Part shown: in pieces, positions 9,298-18,858 of the stretch
Layout: each line of letters begins with the position of its first letter
How positions within the stretch are numbered: position 1 is the first letter of the stretch
Source of the DNA: Chlamydiota bacterium
GTDB taxonomy: Bacteria; Chlamydiota; Chlamydiia; Chlamydiales; SM23-39
Length of the DNA: 64,000 bases
NCBI GenBank assembly: GCA_027366035.1
Contig: DAHXLK010000052.1
Coordinates: 1,949-65,948 of the forward strand
Direction: 5' to 3'
Position numbers and translations under genes: made by a program
The notes under the pieces: generated by a model
Seen by the model: only the letters and a program-made list of their open reading frames with translations
Told to the model about the DNA's origin: nothing
Database searches by the model: none

Positions 9298-10500
9298 ATG
9301 AGGGTCTACAAAAAATGGAAAGAGAGAGGGTCTTGGTGGGTTCTTAAACGGATATTTTTCGAAATAGCCGGGCTCTTCTTGAGCCCCTTTTTCTTACTCC
9401 TACATAAATGTGGAGTGCAAAGGGTGGGTATCCTGATACAACACATCGGTCACTTGGTAGGTGAATGTGACTGCTTTTTAAAATGGCAATCTCTCCAGTT
9501 AACCCCTAAAAAAAAGTACTATATTAGCTCTCCGGTTCCACTAACTTCTAACCCTTGTTTTCTTAGCTATTTACATCAGCATTTTTCCATAACTACCCAC
9601 CCTTTGCTTCATGAATTATTCCCCAAAAGAATAAAAGGCGCTTTTTACAATGTCTCCGATTTAATAGCCACAGAACATGGCGCGGCTAAATATTACGAAA
9701 CATATGCCTTATGGGGAAATAAAGGGCCCCTTTTTTCCCTTACTCCTTCTCATAAGAGTAGAGGGAGAGAGGTATTAAAGCGTTGGGGAATACCGGAAGA
9801 TGGTTGGTTTGTCTGTCTCCATATCCGCGAACAGGGGTTTATCCCCGAAACAGATGGTGAGCATAACTATCGAAATGCCAATATAAAAAATTACTTTGAA
9901 ACTATCGAATCTCTTACTGCTAGGGGAGGATGGGTGATTCGCATGGGAGGCAACTATTGCACGCCGCTACCCCAGTTTCCAAAGTGTATCGATTATGCTC
10001 TTAGTAAGGATAAAAGTGATTGGATGGATATCTTTCTTGCGGCTTCCTGTAAGTTATTCATAGGGTGTTCTTCAGGACTTTTTTTCGTCAGCGTCGCTTT
10101 CGGACCGCCATGTGTCTTAGTGAATATGGTCCCCTTTGCTGCAGCAGGATGCAGACCAAAGGATCTCTATATTCCCAAATTAATGCGGGATAAAAAGAGC
10201 GGCCGGCTAATCCCTTTCGCTGACATTTTCTCATCGCCTATTGCCAATTTTCGTCATTCTCACCTTTTCGAAGAGGCGGGAGTCGATGTTGTCGAAAATA
10301 CTTCCGATGAGATTCTGGCGGTTGTGGAGGAGGGGCTCCTTCGGATCGATGAAAAATGGTCTTGCTCTTTACTTGATGAGGAAAGACAGTTGGCTTTCAA
10401 AAAGCTATTTACTCCGGCCCATTATGGCTATAAAAATGCTTCTCGTATAGGAGCTAAATTCCTAGAAAAACATGAGTCAATGTTGTTGGGCAAAAAGTAA
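9298..10500 (+). CDS. putative glycosyltransferase, TIGR04372-like (paralog of 3157..4818 C-terminal half)
   Basis: WFVCLHIREQGF..RGGWVIRMGG..LFIGCSSGL aligns by eye with 3157..4818. Confidence 0.4.
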   Translation: MRVYKKWKERGSWWVLKRIFFEIAGLFLSPFFLLLHKCGVQRVGILIQHIGHLVGECDCFLKWQSLQLTPKKKYYISSPVPLTSNPCFLSYLHQHFSITTHPLLHELFPKRIKGAFYNVSDLIATEHGAAKYYETYALWGNKGPLFSLTPSHKSRGREVLKRWGIPEDGWFVCLHIREQGFIPETDGEHNYRNANIKNYFETIESLTARGGWVIRMGGNYCTPLPQFPKCIDYALSKDKSDWMDIFLAASCKLFIGCSSGLFFVSVAFGPPCVLVNMVPFAAAGCRPKDLYIPKLMRDKKSGRLIPFADIFSSPIANFRHSHLFEEAGVDVVENTSDEILAVVEEGLLRIDEKWSCSLLDEERQLAFKKLFTPAHYGYKNASRIGAKFLEKHESMLLGKK

Positions 10501-10659
10501 CTAACCCTACAGGATAAAGAGGATATGGCGATCTAAATATATTACAAAAGACTTAAGCGTTAAGGAAGATTCTTTTTATTTTGCTGTGTAATGATCCCCA
10601 ATGATTTACCTAAATCACACCGATTAAGTATATTTATGATTTAGTTTTTTTGAGGGCTG

Positions 10660-11604
10660 ATGAAAATTCTTGTTACGGGGGGATGTGGGTATAAAGGACA
10701 CAGATTGATCCCCAAACTTTTGGGGGAGGGTTATGAGGTCATCGCTTTTGACATCCAGTGGTTTGGGAATTTTTTACCGCCACACCCTAAGCTCAGAGTT
10801 GTTCAGGGAGATATCTTAAAACCGGACACCATTCCTTTAAATGGTGTCGATACAATTATCCATCTTGCCTCTATAGCCAACGACCCTTGCGCCGATTTGG
10901 ATCCCAAACTCACCTGGGAAGTGGTAACTTTAGCTACCATGCAGCTGGCGAATAGGGCTAGAAAATTTGGGATTCGACGGTTTCTCTATGCTTCGTCGGG
11001 AAGCGTTTATGGGGTAAAGGGGGAAGAAAAGGTGACGGAAGAGCTTTCTTTAGAGCCGTTATCTGAATACAATAAGGCGAAGATGGTCGCAGAAAGGGTC
11101 CTGCTGAGCTATCAAGATGAGATGGAGATATACATCGTCCGTCCGGGGACTGTTTGTGGGTATTCTCCTAGGATGAGGTTTGACGTAGTAGTCAATATGA
11201 TGGTGATGCAGGCGTTATCCAAAGGAAAAATGACGGTGCTGGGAGGGGGTCAGATCCGTCCCAATATACACATTGAAGATATCTGTGATGTCTATCTCCA
11301 CCTCTTAAATTATCCCGAGTATGTGGGGATCTATAATGCCGCTTTTGAAAATCTCTCTATCATAGAGATCGCCAAGCTTGTCCAAAAATATCTTCCTGTA
11401 GAAATCGAGATCAAACCCTCGAATGATCCTAGATCGTACCGGATGAATTCCGACAAACTTCTACGTACCGGATTTCAACCTAAAAAAAATGTGGAAGAAG
11501 CTATTGGTGAGATGATCTCCCAATTTCGAGGTAAGGCAGATGAGGATCGCTATTACAATGTGAAATGGATGAAACAAACGGTTTTGACAGGAAGCATCCA
11601 ATGA
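10660..11604 (+). CDS. NAD-dependent sugar epimerase/dehydratase (extended SDR)
   Basis: MKILVTGGCGYKGHRL Rossmann motif and YNKAK catalytic motif. Confidence 0.75.
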   Translation: MKILVTGGCGYKGHRLIPKLLGEGYEVIAFDIQWFGNFLPPHPKLRVVQGDILKPDTIPLNGVDTIIHLASIANDPCADLDPKLTWEVVTLATMQLANRARKFGIRRFLYASSGSVYGVKGEEKVTEELSLEPLSEYNKAKMVAERVLLSYQDEMEIYIVRPGTVCGYSPRMRFDVVVNMMVMQALSKGKMTVLGGGQIRPNIHIEDICDVYLHLLNYPEYVGIYNAAFENLSIIEIAKLVQKYLPVEIEIKPSNDPRSYRMNSDKLLRTGFQPKKNVEEAIGEMISQFRGKADEDRYYNVKWMKQTVLTGSIQ

Positions 11605-11691
11605 GGAGACTGTTTCGACCTCCCGGTTGGTTAAAACTTTACCCTTGCTGCTCCGGATTTAATTTTTTTAAAAATGTCTATACCTTAGCGG
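11605..11691. repeat. partial copy of the palindromic element family (A arm plus left part of core)
   Basis: ggagactgtttcgacctcccggttggttaaaactttacccttgctgctccggattt..aaaatgtctataccttagcgg. It starts at the nucleotide after the TGA of 10660..11604. Confidence 0.85.
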
Positions 11692-11700
11692 AGATCGCCA

Positions 11701-12273
11701 ATGAGTGAAACATTTTTCCAAAATTACTCGCGACAGCTACAAACTGTTTTAGCTTCTGCTCCCTGGGAAGAGATCTCTAAGTTAGGGCAAGATGTACAAA
11801 AATGTTGGGAGGAGGGTAGGCAGTTTTTTCTCTGTGGAAATGGAGGAAGTGCGGCAAATGCGATCCATTTAGCTAATGACTATCTCTACGGTATCGCCGG
11901 TGTCTTAAGGCAAGGGATGAGGGTCCATGCTTTACCTGCTAATTCAGCAATCCTCACCTGCCTTGCCAACGATATAAACTATGAGCAAGTCTTTGCAGAA
12001 CAATTAGCTGTGTTAGGAAAAGCGGAAGACCTCCTCCTTGTTTTATCGGGAAGCGGCAATTCACCCAATATTATCGAGGTCTTGAAAATGGCCAAAAAAA
12101 TGTCAATTAAATCTTATGCCATTTTAGGGTTTTCCGGGGGGAGAAGTAAACTATTGGCAGATGTACCGATCCATTTTCCCATTCAAGATATGCAAATCGC
12201 AGAGGATATACAGTTAATAGTTGGCCATATGATCATGCAGTTTTTAAGTTATGAAACTATTAGTTATAGGTAG
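11701..12273 (+). CDS. gmhA: D-sedoheptulose-7-phosphate isomerase (SIS domain)
   Basis: FLCGNGGSAANAIHLANDY and LVLSGSGNSPN motifs, with the 190-aa length typical of GmhA. Confidence 0.8.
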   Translation: MSETFFQNYSRQLQTVLASAPWEEISKLGQDVQKCWEEGRQFFLCGNGGSAANAIHLANDYLYGIAGVLRQGMRVHALPANSAILTCLANDINYEQVFAEQLAVLGKAEDLLLVLSGSGNSPNIIEVLKMAKKMSIKSYAILGFSGGRSKLLADVPIHFPIQDMQIAEDIQLIVGHMIMQFLSYETISYR

Positions 12274-13234
12274 CAACTCATTTTCGGGTTCTAGCTTCAT
12301 CGATTTTGCACTTTCGCAAGGATTTAGGGTATTGGGGTGTAGTAGATCATCGGAGCCTATAGCCCCCTTTTTGCCCTATACATGGAGAGAGAAGAAAGAT
12401 TTTATTTTTCGAAAATTAGACCTCAATTACGACCTACCCCAAATTTTGGAGTGGATTGAAGGGGAAAAACCTGAATACGTTGTCAACTTTGCCGCACAAA
12501 GTATGGTGGCTCAAAGTTGGGATCACCCTAAAGATTGGTTTATGACCAATGTTGTCTCCACTATCGAGTTGCACCATGCATTACGAAAATACCCCTTTTT
12601 AAAGAGATATGTACATGTCTCCACTCCCGAAGTATATGGAAGTACTTCTTGTAAGGTCTCCGAGGAGTGCCCTATGAATCCGAGCACCCCTTATGCCGTA
12701 TCCAGAGCAGCTGCCGATATGAGCCTTGCCTCTTTTTATGCTGCTTATAAGTTTCCCGTAGTTACAACAAGGGCCGCTAACGTCTATGGACCCGGCCAGC
12801 AGCTTTACAGAATTATCCCTCGGACTATTTTATTCATCCTGTTGGGTAGAAAAATTGAGTTACATGGCGGCGGGATATCTACCCGCTCTTTCATCCACAT
12901 ACGGGATGTAGCAGAGGCTACGTGGCAACTACTTTTCTTAGGGAAAAATGGGGAGACCTACCATATTTCGACAGGTGAGATGATCTCTATTTTTGAGCTG
13001 GTCACAAGGATTTGTCAAAAGATGAATGTCTCGCTTGAAGATCATGTGGTCATGGGAGAGGAGCGACTTGGAAAAGATGCCACTTACCATCTCGATAGTT
13101 CCAAGATCCGTAAAACCCTGGGCTGGAAAGACCGGATCTCGTTAGAGCAAGGTTTAGAGGAGTGTATAGAGTGGGTGGAGAGACATTTTGAGAAGTTGAA
13201 AGATCAAAACTATGACTATATCCACAAAAAGTGA
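12251..13234 (+). CDS. NDP-sugar 4,6-dehydratase/epimerase-like extended SDR with atypical YxxxR active-site motif
   Basis: MKLLVIGSNSFSGSSF Rossmann-like N-terminus. PYAVSRAAADM stands where YxxxK is expected (codon aga). Confidence 0.65.
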   Translation: MKLLVIGSNSFSGSSFIDFALSQGFRVLGCSRSSEPIAPFLPYTWREKKDFIFRKLDLNYDLPQILEWIEGEKPEYVVNFAAQSMVAQSWDHPKDWFMTNVVSTIELHHALRKYPFLKRYVHVSTPEVYGSTSCKVSEECPMNPSTPYAVSRAAADMSLASFYAAYKFPVVTTRAANVYGPGQQLYRIIPRTILFILLGRKIELHGGGISTRSFIHIRDVAEATWQLLFLGKNGETYHISTGEMISIFELVTRICQKMNVSLEDHVVMGEERLGKDATYHLDSSKIRKTLGWKDRISLEQGLEECIEWVERHFEKLKDQNYDYIHKK

Positions 13235-14033
13235 TTTAAAACTTCTTTCTAAAGAGATAAGGAAAAGGATCCTTGTCACCTCCCATAAAGCGAAAGTTCC
13301 CCACGTAGGCTCCTCTCTTTCCTGTGTCGATATTTTGACCCTCCTTTATTTCTCTGTCCTTAAAATAGATCCTACCTATCCTCGGGCAGAGGAGAGGGAC
13401 CGTTTTATCTTGAGCAAAGGGCATGGAGCCCCTGCCTTATTTCAAGTGCTTGCCCTTCGGGGATTTTATCCTGAATCCCTTTTAGAAAGGTATGGAGAAG
13501 ATGGGGGGATTTTTGCCGAACACCCCCCTTCTCCCGATCGGCTGCCGGGGATAGAGGCAGCTACCGGCTCTTTAGGCCATGGTTTTCCCATGGCGATAGG
13601 GATGGCGTTAGCCGCCCGTATCCGGAAAAAATCTTACCGGGTCTATGCCCTCCTCAGTGATGGAGAGTGTAATGAAGGCTCTATTTGGGAAGGGGCCCTT
13701 TTTGCAGCAGCTCAAAATTTAGATAATCTCTGTATTTTAATCGATTTCAATAAGTGGCAGGCGACAGGGAGGAGTTGTGAGATCCTCTCCCTCGAGCCTT
13801 TGAGGAAAAAATGGGAAGCTTTTGGATGGGAGACCTATGAGGTAGATGGGCATGATTTGCAAGCGTTAACAAGAACACTACAATTGTTTCCTTCAATCGG
13901 AAAAAAGCCGGTGGCTATTATTGCCCATACTGTGAAAGGAAGAGGGGTCTCTTTTATGGAAGATGATAATAATTGGCACTATGCTATTCCCACTGCCGAA
14001 CAACTCCTTATAGCACTACAAGAGCTTTCATGA
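13212..14033 (+). CDS. transketolase, N-terminal (ThDP-binding) subunit
   Basis: HVGSSLSCVDILTLLYF..LSKGHGAPALF..GSLGHGFPMAIGMAL..LLSDGECNEGSIWE are split-transketolase signatures. Confidence 0.85.
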   Translation: MTISTKSDLKLLSKEIRKRILVTSHKAKVPHVGSSLSCVDILTLLYFSVLKIDPTYPRAEERDRFILSKGHGAPALFQVLALRGFYPESLLERYGEDGGIFAEHPPSPDRLPGIEAATGSLGHGFPMAIGMALAARIRKKSYRVYALLSDGECNEGSIWEGALFAAAQNLDNLCILIDFNKWQATGRSCEILSLEPLRKKWEAFGWETYEVDGHDLQALTRTLQLFPSIGKKPVAIIAHTVKGRGVSFMEDDNNWHYAIPTAEQLLIALQELS

Positions 14034-14953
14034 GAAATGCTTTTGCCGAAGCTGTAACCCTTCTAGCTGAAGAGAACCCAAACCTCGTTTTACTCACTGC
14101 CGATATCGGCAATCGTCTTTTTGACCGTTTTAAACTGCGCTATCCTGACCGTTTCTACAATTGCGGCGTTGCCGAAAGTAATATGATTTCGGTGGCAGCG
14201 GGGCTTGCCCTCTGTGGGCTAAGACCTATTACCTATACCATCACCCCTTTTACAACCACCCGCCCTTTTGAACAGATCCGTGTGGGGGTTTGCTATCATA
14301 ATGCCCCTGTGATCATCGTAGGTACGGGGGCGGGGCTCGCCTATGCCGAACTGGGCCCTACCCACCATTCATTAGAGGATCTGGCTATTTTGCGAACTCT
14401 TCCGGGGATGAAGGTCTTAGCGCCTTGTGACTCTATTGAACTTAATTCTCTCCTCAAAGAGGCGGTGACAGAAACTTCTGCCGTCTATATCCGGATTGGC
14501 AAAAAAGGGGAGCCTATCCTCTCACCTTTGACAACTACCGATATAAAGATCGGGAAAGCCCACACCTTGCGGCCGGGAAGAGACCTCCTCCTCCTAGCTA
14601 CAGGGACAATTATGCAAGAGGTCCTCCTAGCAGGAGAAATCTTACAGGAAAAAGGGATAGTTTCTGAAATTGTGAGCGTTCATACGATCAAACCGTTAGA
14701 CCAAGATTTTTTACGGAAAGCTTCTCGTTTCAAACTATGGGTAGTGGTAGAAGAACATGGGAGAATCGGGGGGTTAGGGAGTGCTATTTCCGAATGGAGG
14801 TGTCAAGAAAATGTCATTTGTAGACAGATCAACCTAGGATTACCCGATGAATTTATCCATGAAGTAGGAAGCCAAGAATATATGAGGAGACACTATGGCC
14901 TTAATGGAGAAGAGGTGGCTAAAACAATCCTCTATCATTGGGATAGACTTTGA
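14030..14953 (+). CDS. transketolase, C-terminal (pyrimidine-binding) subunit
   Basis: MRNAFAEAV..LLTADIG..FYNCGVAESNMISVAAGLA..THHSLEDLAILR. ATGA overlap with the N-terminal subunit. The tracked 13973 start is rejected. Confidence 0.85.
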   Translation: MRNAFAEAVTLLAEENPNLVLLTADIGNRLFDRFKLRYPDRFYNCGVAESNMISVAAGLALCGLRPITYTITPFTTTRPFEQIRVGVCYHNAPVIIVGTGAGLAYAELGPTHHSLEDLAILRTLPGMKVLAPCDSIELNSLLKEAVTETSAVYIRIGKKGEPILSPLTTTDIKIGKAHTLRPGRDLLLLATGTIMQEVLLAGEILQEKGIVSEIVSVHTIKPLDQDFLRKASRFKLWVVVEEHGRIGGLGSAISEWRCQENVICRQINLGLPDEFIHEVGSQEYMRRHYGLNGEEVAKTILYHWDRL

Positions 14954-15485
14954 TAATACCATAGTAAATTACGATAAGGCCTTTTATAAGGCGGCCCGTG
15001 AGTGGCAGATAATCCCTGAGAGCCTACCCCAAGCAAAACTCGCCGTTCGTAACTATTTACATAGGAGAAATGAGGGGGAGGTCTGGACAAAACTGCAAGG
15101 GTATGTCTATGGTACTTTAATGGATGAAGCTGAGCTGTTTTTGGGATGTGGCGATTTCCTTACAAGATATAGAGAAAAAATCTTTGTCATCAGCCACAAA
15201 ACGGTCCATCCCATTATAGGTCCGAGATGGAATCTACATGCCGCTGCTAGAGCGTGGATCGAGACACACCTCTCTTTAAAAAACAGTCAGATATTTTTCG
15301 AAACTACCATAGAGGAGAAAATCAAAAGAATCCAACTCTCTCAGTGTGATGTTTTTATCGATGATCTTCCTGAAATTCTCCTCCACCCCCAATTTCCAAA
15401 AAGTGCGATCCCCCTACTTTTTGATCCTGAAAAGGGTAACGCTCTTCATTTGCAAAGCTTTTCCTCTTGGAAGGAGCTATGTTAA
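14895..15485 (+). CDS. HAD-superfamily hydrolase-like protein (possible sugar-phosphate phosphatase)
   Basis: DxDxT motif IGIDFDNTIV and a later VFIDDLPE. The start is uncertain (14895 or 14904), and either overlaps the transketolase gene end. Confidence 0.45.
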   Translation: MALMEKRWLKQSSIIGIDFDNTIVNYDKAFYKAAREWQIIPESLPQAKLAVRNYLHRRNEGEVWTKLQGYVYGTLMDEAELFLGCGDFLTRYREKIFVISHKTVHPIIGPRWNLHAAARAWIETHLSLKNSQIFFETTIEEKIKRIQLSQCDVFIDDLPEILLHPQFPKSAIPLLFDPEKGNALHLQSFSSWKELC

Positions 15486-16408
15486 AAGAGATTTCTGCCC
15501 TTCTCTTTACTTGTGGTGTTTCGGCTCGTCCCTTTACGGTTTCTTCACACGGAGCAGGGGGGAACAATCAAACCTATAAAGTAGAGGCTAATGGTCAATT
15601 ATTCTTACTAAAAAGATATTACTCACTAGATAGGCTACAAGCCGAATATCGATTTTTACAATATGCGGGAAGGGTAGCTCCTGAATATGTACCAAAAGTA
15701 TATGGAAAAATAGATGGATACAATATGGGGCTATATGAATATCTCGATGGGGAAAAGGTAACCCATATTGGTGAGAGGGAAATAGAGGGAGCGATCGATT
15801 TTTTCTCTCGTCTCAATCATCCTGAAAGTAAAATATATGCGCAGGATTTAGGAGAGGCAAAAGAGGCCTGCTTCTCTTTACGAGACCACGTTGATCTTGT
15901 GAAGGGGAGGATTGTAGAGCTGCAGCAAATTCCTGAAACGAGCCAAGAGGCGACAGAGGCAAAAGAGATTGCCTATAAGCTGGAGCGATTGTTACCGATA
16001 TTCGACGACCCTACCCCTTTGTCTGTTGAAGATAGGTGTATATCCCCTTCTGATTTTGGTTTCCATAATGCACTTCGGACCAAAATAGGAGCCCTTTATT
16101 TTTTCGATTTCGAATATGGGGGATGGGATGATCCCGGAAAGATGGTAGGAGATTTTTTTTCCCAAATTGCCGGCCCTATCCCTTATACCTTTTTCCCCCT
16201 CTTTACCGAGAAAACTCTCCGATCAAAAAGATTGATCGAGCGGGCAAAACAGCTCCTCCCTCTTTACCGGATAAAGTGGTGTACCATTGTCCTTAATATC
16301 TTTCTCCCCTATCATCTCCATCGTCGAAAATTTGCTGGCAATAGGGATGCCCTTACCCTTTTACAAAGGAAGCAATTGGAGAAAGTCAAACACTATGGCT
16401 TATATTGA
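15479..16408 (+). CDS. aminoglycoside/choline-kinase-family phosphotransferase
   Basis: SPSDFGFHNAL catalytic loop and FFDFEYGGWDDP metal-binding segment. Alternative start at 15467. Confidence 0.6.
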   Translation: MLKEISALLFTCGVSARPFTVSSHGAGGNNQTYKVEANGQLFLLKRYYSLDRLQAEYRFLQYAGRVAPEYVPKVYGKIDGYNMGLYEYLDGEKVTHIGEREIEGAIDFFSRLNHPESKIYAQDLGEAKEACFSLRDHVDLVKGRIVELQQIPETSQEATEAKEIAYKLERLLPIFDDPTPLSVEDRCISPSDFGFHNALRTKIGALYFFDFEYGGWDDPGKMVGDFFSQIAGPIPYTFFPLFTEKTLRSKRLIERAKQLLPLYRIKWCTIVLNIFLPYHLHRRKFAGNRDALTLLQRKQLEKVKHYGLY

Positions 16409-17066
16409 TTTCATGTCAACCCTTCACAAAAGTACTCGAAGGGATTATCTCGCGAGAGTAAATGATCCTGAATATCCAAAAGAGAGGGCGGCAGAGCTTG
16501 CGAAAAAATGGGGTTATGAATACTGGGATGGAGATAGGAGGATCTGTTATGGTGGATATAAATATTTAGAGGGGAGATGGGAAAAGGTAGCTAGAGCTCT
16601 CATTGAATACTACAAGATCAAACCCAAAGATAAGATTTTAGATATTGGGTGTGGGAAAGGCTTTTTGCTTTTTGATTTCACCAAGATAGTGCCTGGGGTA
16701 GAAATCTATGGCATCGACATCTCGGAATATGCGATTTCTCATGGAAAAGAGGAAATCAAAGATCACCTACAGGTGGGGAGGGCCACTTCTTTGCCGTTTG
16801 CAGATAACACTTTTGACCTTGTAATTTCTATTAATACCTTTCATAATCTTTATAACTACGAGCTAGATAAAGCCTTGCGGGAGATGGAACGTGTAGGGAA
16901 ACAATGTAAATACCTGTGTGCCGAGTCTTACCGTAATGAAAAAGAGAAAGTCAATCTCCTTTACTGGCAGGTTACATGCGAGACTTTTTGTACTCCGGAA
17001 GAATGGGAGTGGTGGTTTTTTCATACCGGTTATACGGGTGACCATTCTTTTATTTATTTTGAATGA
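16395..17066 (+). CDS. class I SAM-dependent methyltransferase
   Basis: ILDIGCGKGFLLFDF motif I. The ATG at 16395 is preferred, because the tracked 16287 start lies inside the kinase gene. Confidence 0.7.
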   Translation: MAYIDFMSTLHKSTRRDYLARVNDPEYPKERAAELAKKWGYEYWDGDRRICYGGYKYLEGRWEKVARALIEYYKIKPKDKILDIGCGKGFLLFDFTKIVPGVEIYGIDISEYAISHGKEEIKDHLQVGRATSLPFADNTFDLVISINTFHNLYNYELDKALREMERVGKQCKYLCAESYRNEKEKVNLLYWQVTCETFCTPEEWEWWFFHTGYTGDHSFIYFE

Positions 17067-18100
17067 CCATGTTAGCAGCGATACTTGTACAGCAAAAAAC
17101 TCCTCTTATTATCGATGAAGTCGAGTTGCCCAAGCATCTAGGTGTAGGGCAGCTTCTTGTGAAGGTGCATTATAGTGGTATTTGCGGCTCTCAATTAGGG
17201 GAGATCGACGGGGTTAAGGGAACAGATAAATATCTCCCCCATCTTTTGGGACATGAAGGTTCAGCAGAGGTGGTCGCAATAGGGGAGGGGGTATCGGAGG
17301 TGCAGCCGGGAGATAAGGTGGTCCTTCATTGGAGAAAGGGGAAGGGGATTGAAGGCAAACCCCCTATCTATTCCTGGAAGGGGAGGGAGGTGAATGCCGG
17401 GTGGGTGACTACTTTTAACGAATATGCTGTCGTTTCTGAAAATAGGGTAACCCCTTTACCTAAAGGGGCTGACCTACAGGTAGCTGCCCTATTTGGCTGT
17501 GCTATCACCACCGGTTTTGGCGTGGTGGTCAATAATGCTAAGCTGACGATTGGAGAATCTGTTGTTGTCTATGGTTCGGGAGGAATCGGCCTTCATATTT
17601 TACAAGGGGCAGCTTTAAGTGGGGCTTATCCTATCATTGCGATCGATCGGATCGAAGGGAGGTTAGAGCTTGCGAAACAATGTGGAGCTACCCATCTTAT
17701 CCATAGCGAAAAGGAGGATCTTGCCGGTGCAATCCGGAGGGCGACCCCTCTTGGCCTCGACTGCTTTATCGACAATACAGGAAATCCACAAGTGATCCAA
17801 ATGGGCTACTTGGCGACCAAACCAAAAGGGAGGGTTATTTTGGTAGGGGTACCTAATGTGGGCAATGATATTGTGATACACTCACTTCCCCTTCATTTTG
17901 GCAAAGAGATTCGGGGTTCTCATGGAGGAGAGGCAGAGCCTCATATCGATATTCCAAAGTATTACGCCCTTTTACAGGCGGGGCGCCTCTCTTTCAAAGA
18001 GTGTGTGACCGACATTTTTCCACTTACAGAGATCAATCAAGCCATACAAGCCATGCGTGAAGGGAGGACGAAAGGGAGATGTCTTATTCAAATGGGGTAA
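17063..18100 (+). CDS. zinc-dependent alcohol dehydrogenase family (MDR) oxidoreductase
   Basis: GICGSQL..GHEGSAEVVAIGEGV zinc-ligand region and VVYGSGGIGL NAD-binding motif. Confidence 0.8.
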   Translation: MTMLAAILVQQKTPLIIDEVELPKHLGVGQLLVKVHYSGICGSQLGEIDGVKGTDKYLPHLLGHEGSAEVVAIGEGVSEVQPGDKVVLHWRKGKGIEGKPPIYSWKGREVNAGWVTTFNEYAVVSENRVTPLPKGADLQVAALFGCAITTGFGVVVNNAKLTIGESVVVYGSGGIGLHILQGAALSGAYPIIAIDRIEGRLELAKQCGATHLIHSEKEDLAGAIRRATPLGLDCFIDNTGNPQVIQMGYLATKPKGRVILVGVPNVGNDIVIHSLPLHFGKEIRGSHGGEAEPHIDIPKYYALLQAGRLSFKECVTDIFPLTEINQAIQAMREGRTKGRCLIQMG

Positions 18101-18105
18101 CTAGG

Positions 18106-18858
18106 ATGAAAGAGCAAGTTTTTGGCGATAGGGGCTACTCATCGGATATGCATCTTGATCCTTATGAGCTAGCGATTTTTCAAACACATATCTATCAGCA
18201 GTGGATCGATGTCCTTGGATCAAAATATCCGGCGTTGCGAGAAAAAGGGGAGAGTTTGGGGATCGTTTATTACCATTACTTCTCTGACCGGATCGATCAT
18301 AGTTCTTTATGGCCCAAAAAAAATCGCCTCCTCCCTCCTCATGCTGTAGCCGAGATCAAATCGCTGTCCTTTATGCAGAGGCTTCGAGAAGAATTTGGTG
18401 ATTTTTCCCTTTCCGACATTTATGACACCCATCAGCACCATGGAGAGGAGGAGATTTATTGGAGGTTAGTCCGTCCTCGTCAACAGGGAGATGTAGGTTC
18501 GCTTCATCGCGATTGTTGGTTCCATGAGGCGTTTAATAATGGGAAGGGGATGTTTCCGAAAGGGACAACGACGATAAAGGTATGGATACCCATTTACTGC
18601 GAACCGGGAAAAAGTGGTCTTGCTATTGTGGCTGGTTCTCATTTAAGAACCTGGAGGTATCATGTGGAAATGGTGGGGGGGAATCCGAAACCCATTTTGG
18701 ATGAAGATATAAGTCAGATTGAGGCAAAATTAATCCCCACAGAGCCCGGTAATCTATTGATTTTTAATGAAAATGTCTTACATGGAGGCGCTCTGAACCG
18801 GGGTGAAAAAACAAGGGTGAGTGCAGAGATAACCTTAGTATTAAGAGAGCCTTTATGA
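18106..18858 (+). CDS. Fe(II)/2-oxoglutarate dioxygenase, PhyH-like (putative)
   Basis: HxD (GSLHRDCW), a distal His (NVLHGG) and an Arg (TRVSAEI), in the PhyH-like order. Start chosen at MKEQVF. Confidence 0.45.
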   Translation: MKEQVFGDRGYSSDMHLDPYELAIFQTHIYQQWIDVLGSKYPALREKGESLGIVYYHYFSDRIDHSSLWPKKNRLLPPHAVAEIKSLSFMQRLREEFGDFSLSDIYDTHQHHGEEEIYWRLVRPRQQGDVGSLHRDCWFHEAFNNGKGMFPKGTTTIKVWIPIYCEPGKSGLAIVAGSHLRTWRYHVEMVGGNPKPILDEDISQIEAKLIPTEPGNLLIFNENVLHGGALNRGEKTRVSAEITLVLREPL

